Source of the DNA: Basidiobolus meristosporus CBS 931.73
Taxonomy: Eukaryota > Fungi > Basidiobolomycota
Length of the DNA: 64,000 bases
Direction: 5' to 3'
Assembly (NCBI GenBank): GCA_002104905.1
Contig: MCFE01000465.1
Span: 1-64,000, forward strand
Position numbers and translations under genes: made by a program. The notes beneath the pieces were generated by a model that was not told the origin of the DNA, did no database searches, and saw nothing but the letters and a program-made list of their open reading frames with translations. The first letter of the stretch is position 1. The number at the start of each line of letters is the position of its first letter. Positions 63,886-64,000 of this stretch are shown in pieces.

Positions 63886-64000
63886 ATAAAGCAAGGAAAG
63901 CACTATTCTGAGCAACATAAGTAAGATTGAGTAAAATTGCCAGTAACTGTATCACACCACTGCCGTCATGGTAGAAGTTATAGTGCCAGATTGATCTGGC

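Noticed and set aside
1-64000. tRNA, rRNA or CRISPR arrays; antisense ORFs overlapping the called genes
   Set aside because: No T-loop/cloverleaf, rRNA or repeat-spacer pattern seen by eye; overlapping ORFs are shadows of real genes.

Overview
Intron-rich genomic DNA from an early-diverging fungus; gene style and content suggest a Basidiobolus-like Zoopagomycete (inference only). Conserved genes: F-box/LRR, Itc1-like DDT protein, STRAP WD40, CK2 beta, Vsb1-like SulP-STAS-cNMP transporter, alanine aminotransferase, TBC RabGAP, thymidylate kinase and MYG1. Secreted or cell-wall genes: a GH16 Crh-type protein (runs off the left edge), a GPI-type CE4 deacetylase, and two intronless multi-Kunitz protease-inhibitor genes with an unusual 'GG-x-VPF' variant domain. 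The window also holds an intronless decayed bacterial-type alpha/beta-hydrolase pseudogene, a tandem H2B-like/H2A-like histone-fold protein, and two nested, strongly CpG-depleted transposon clusters (36.4-39.3 kb and 53.5-64 kb). These clusters contain Ty1/copia copies forming a ~2 kb inverted repeat, a two-copy unclassified 'CCCCTATG' element, a 223-bp fold-back MITE with an AAT target duplication, and a DDE_Tnp_4 (PIF/Harbinger-IS5/PHIS) transposase. All exon structures were inferred by eye and no database searches were run.
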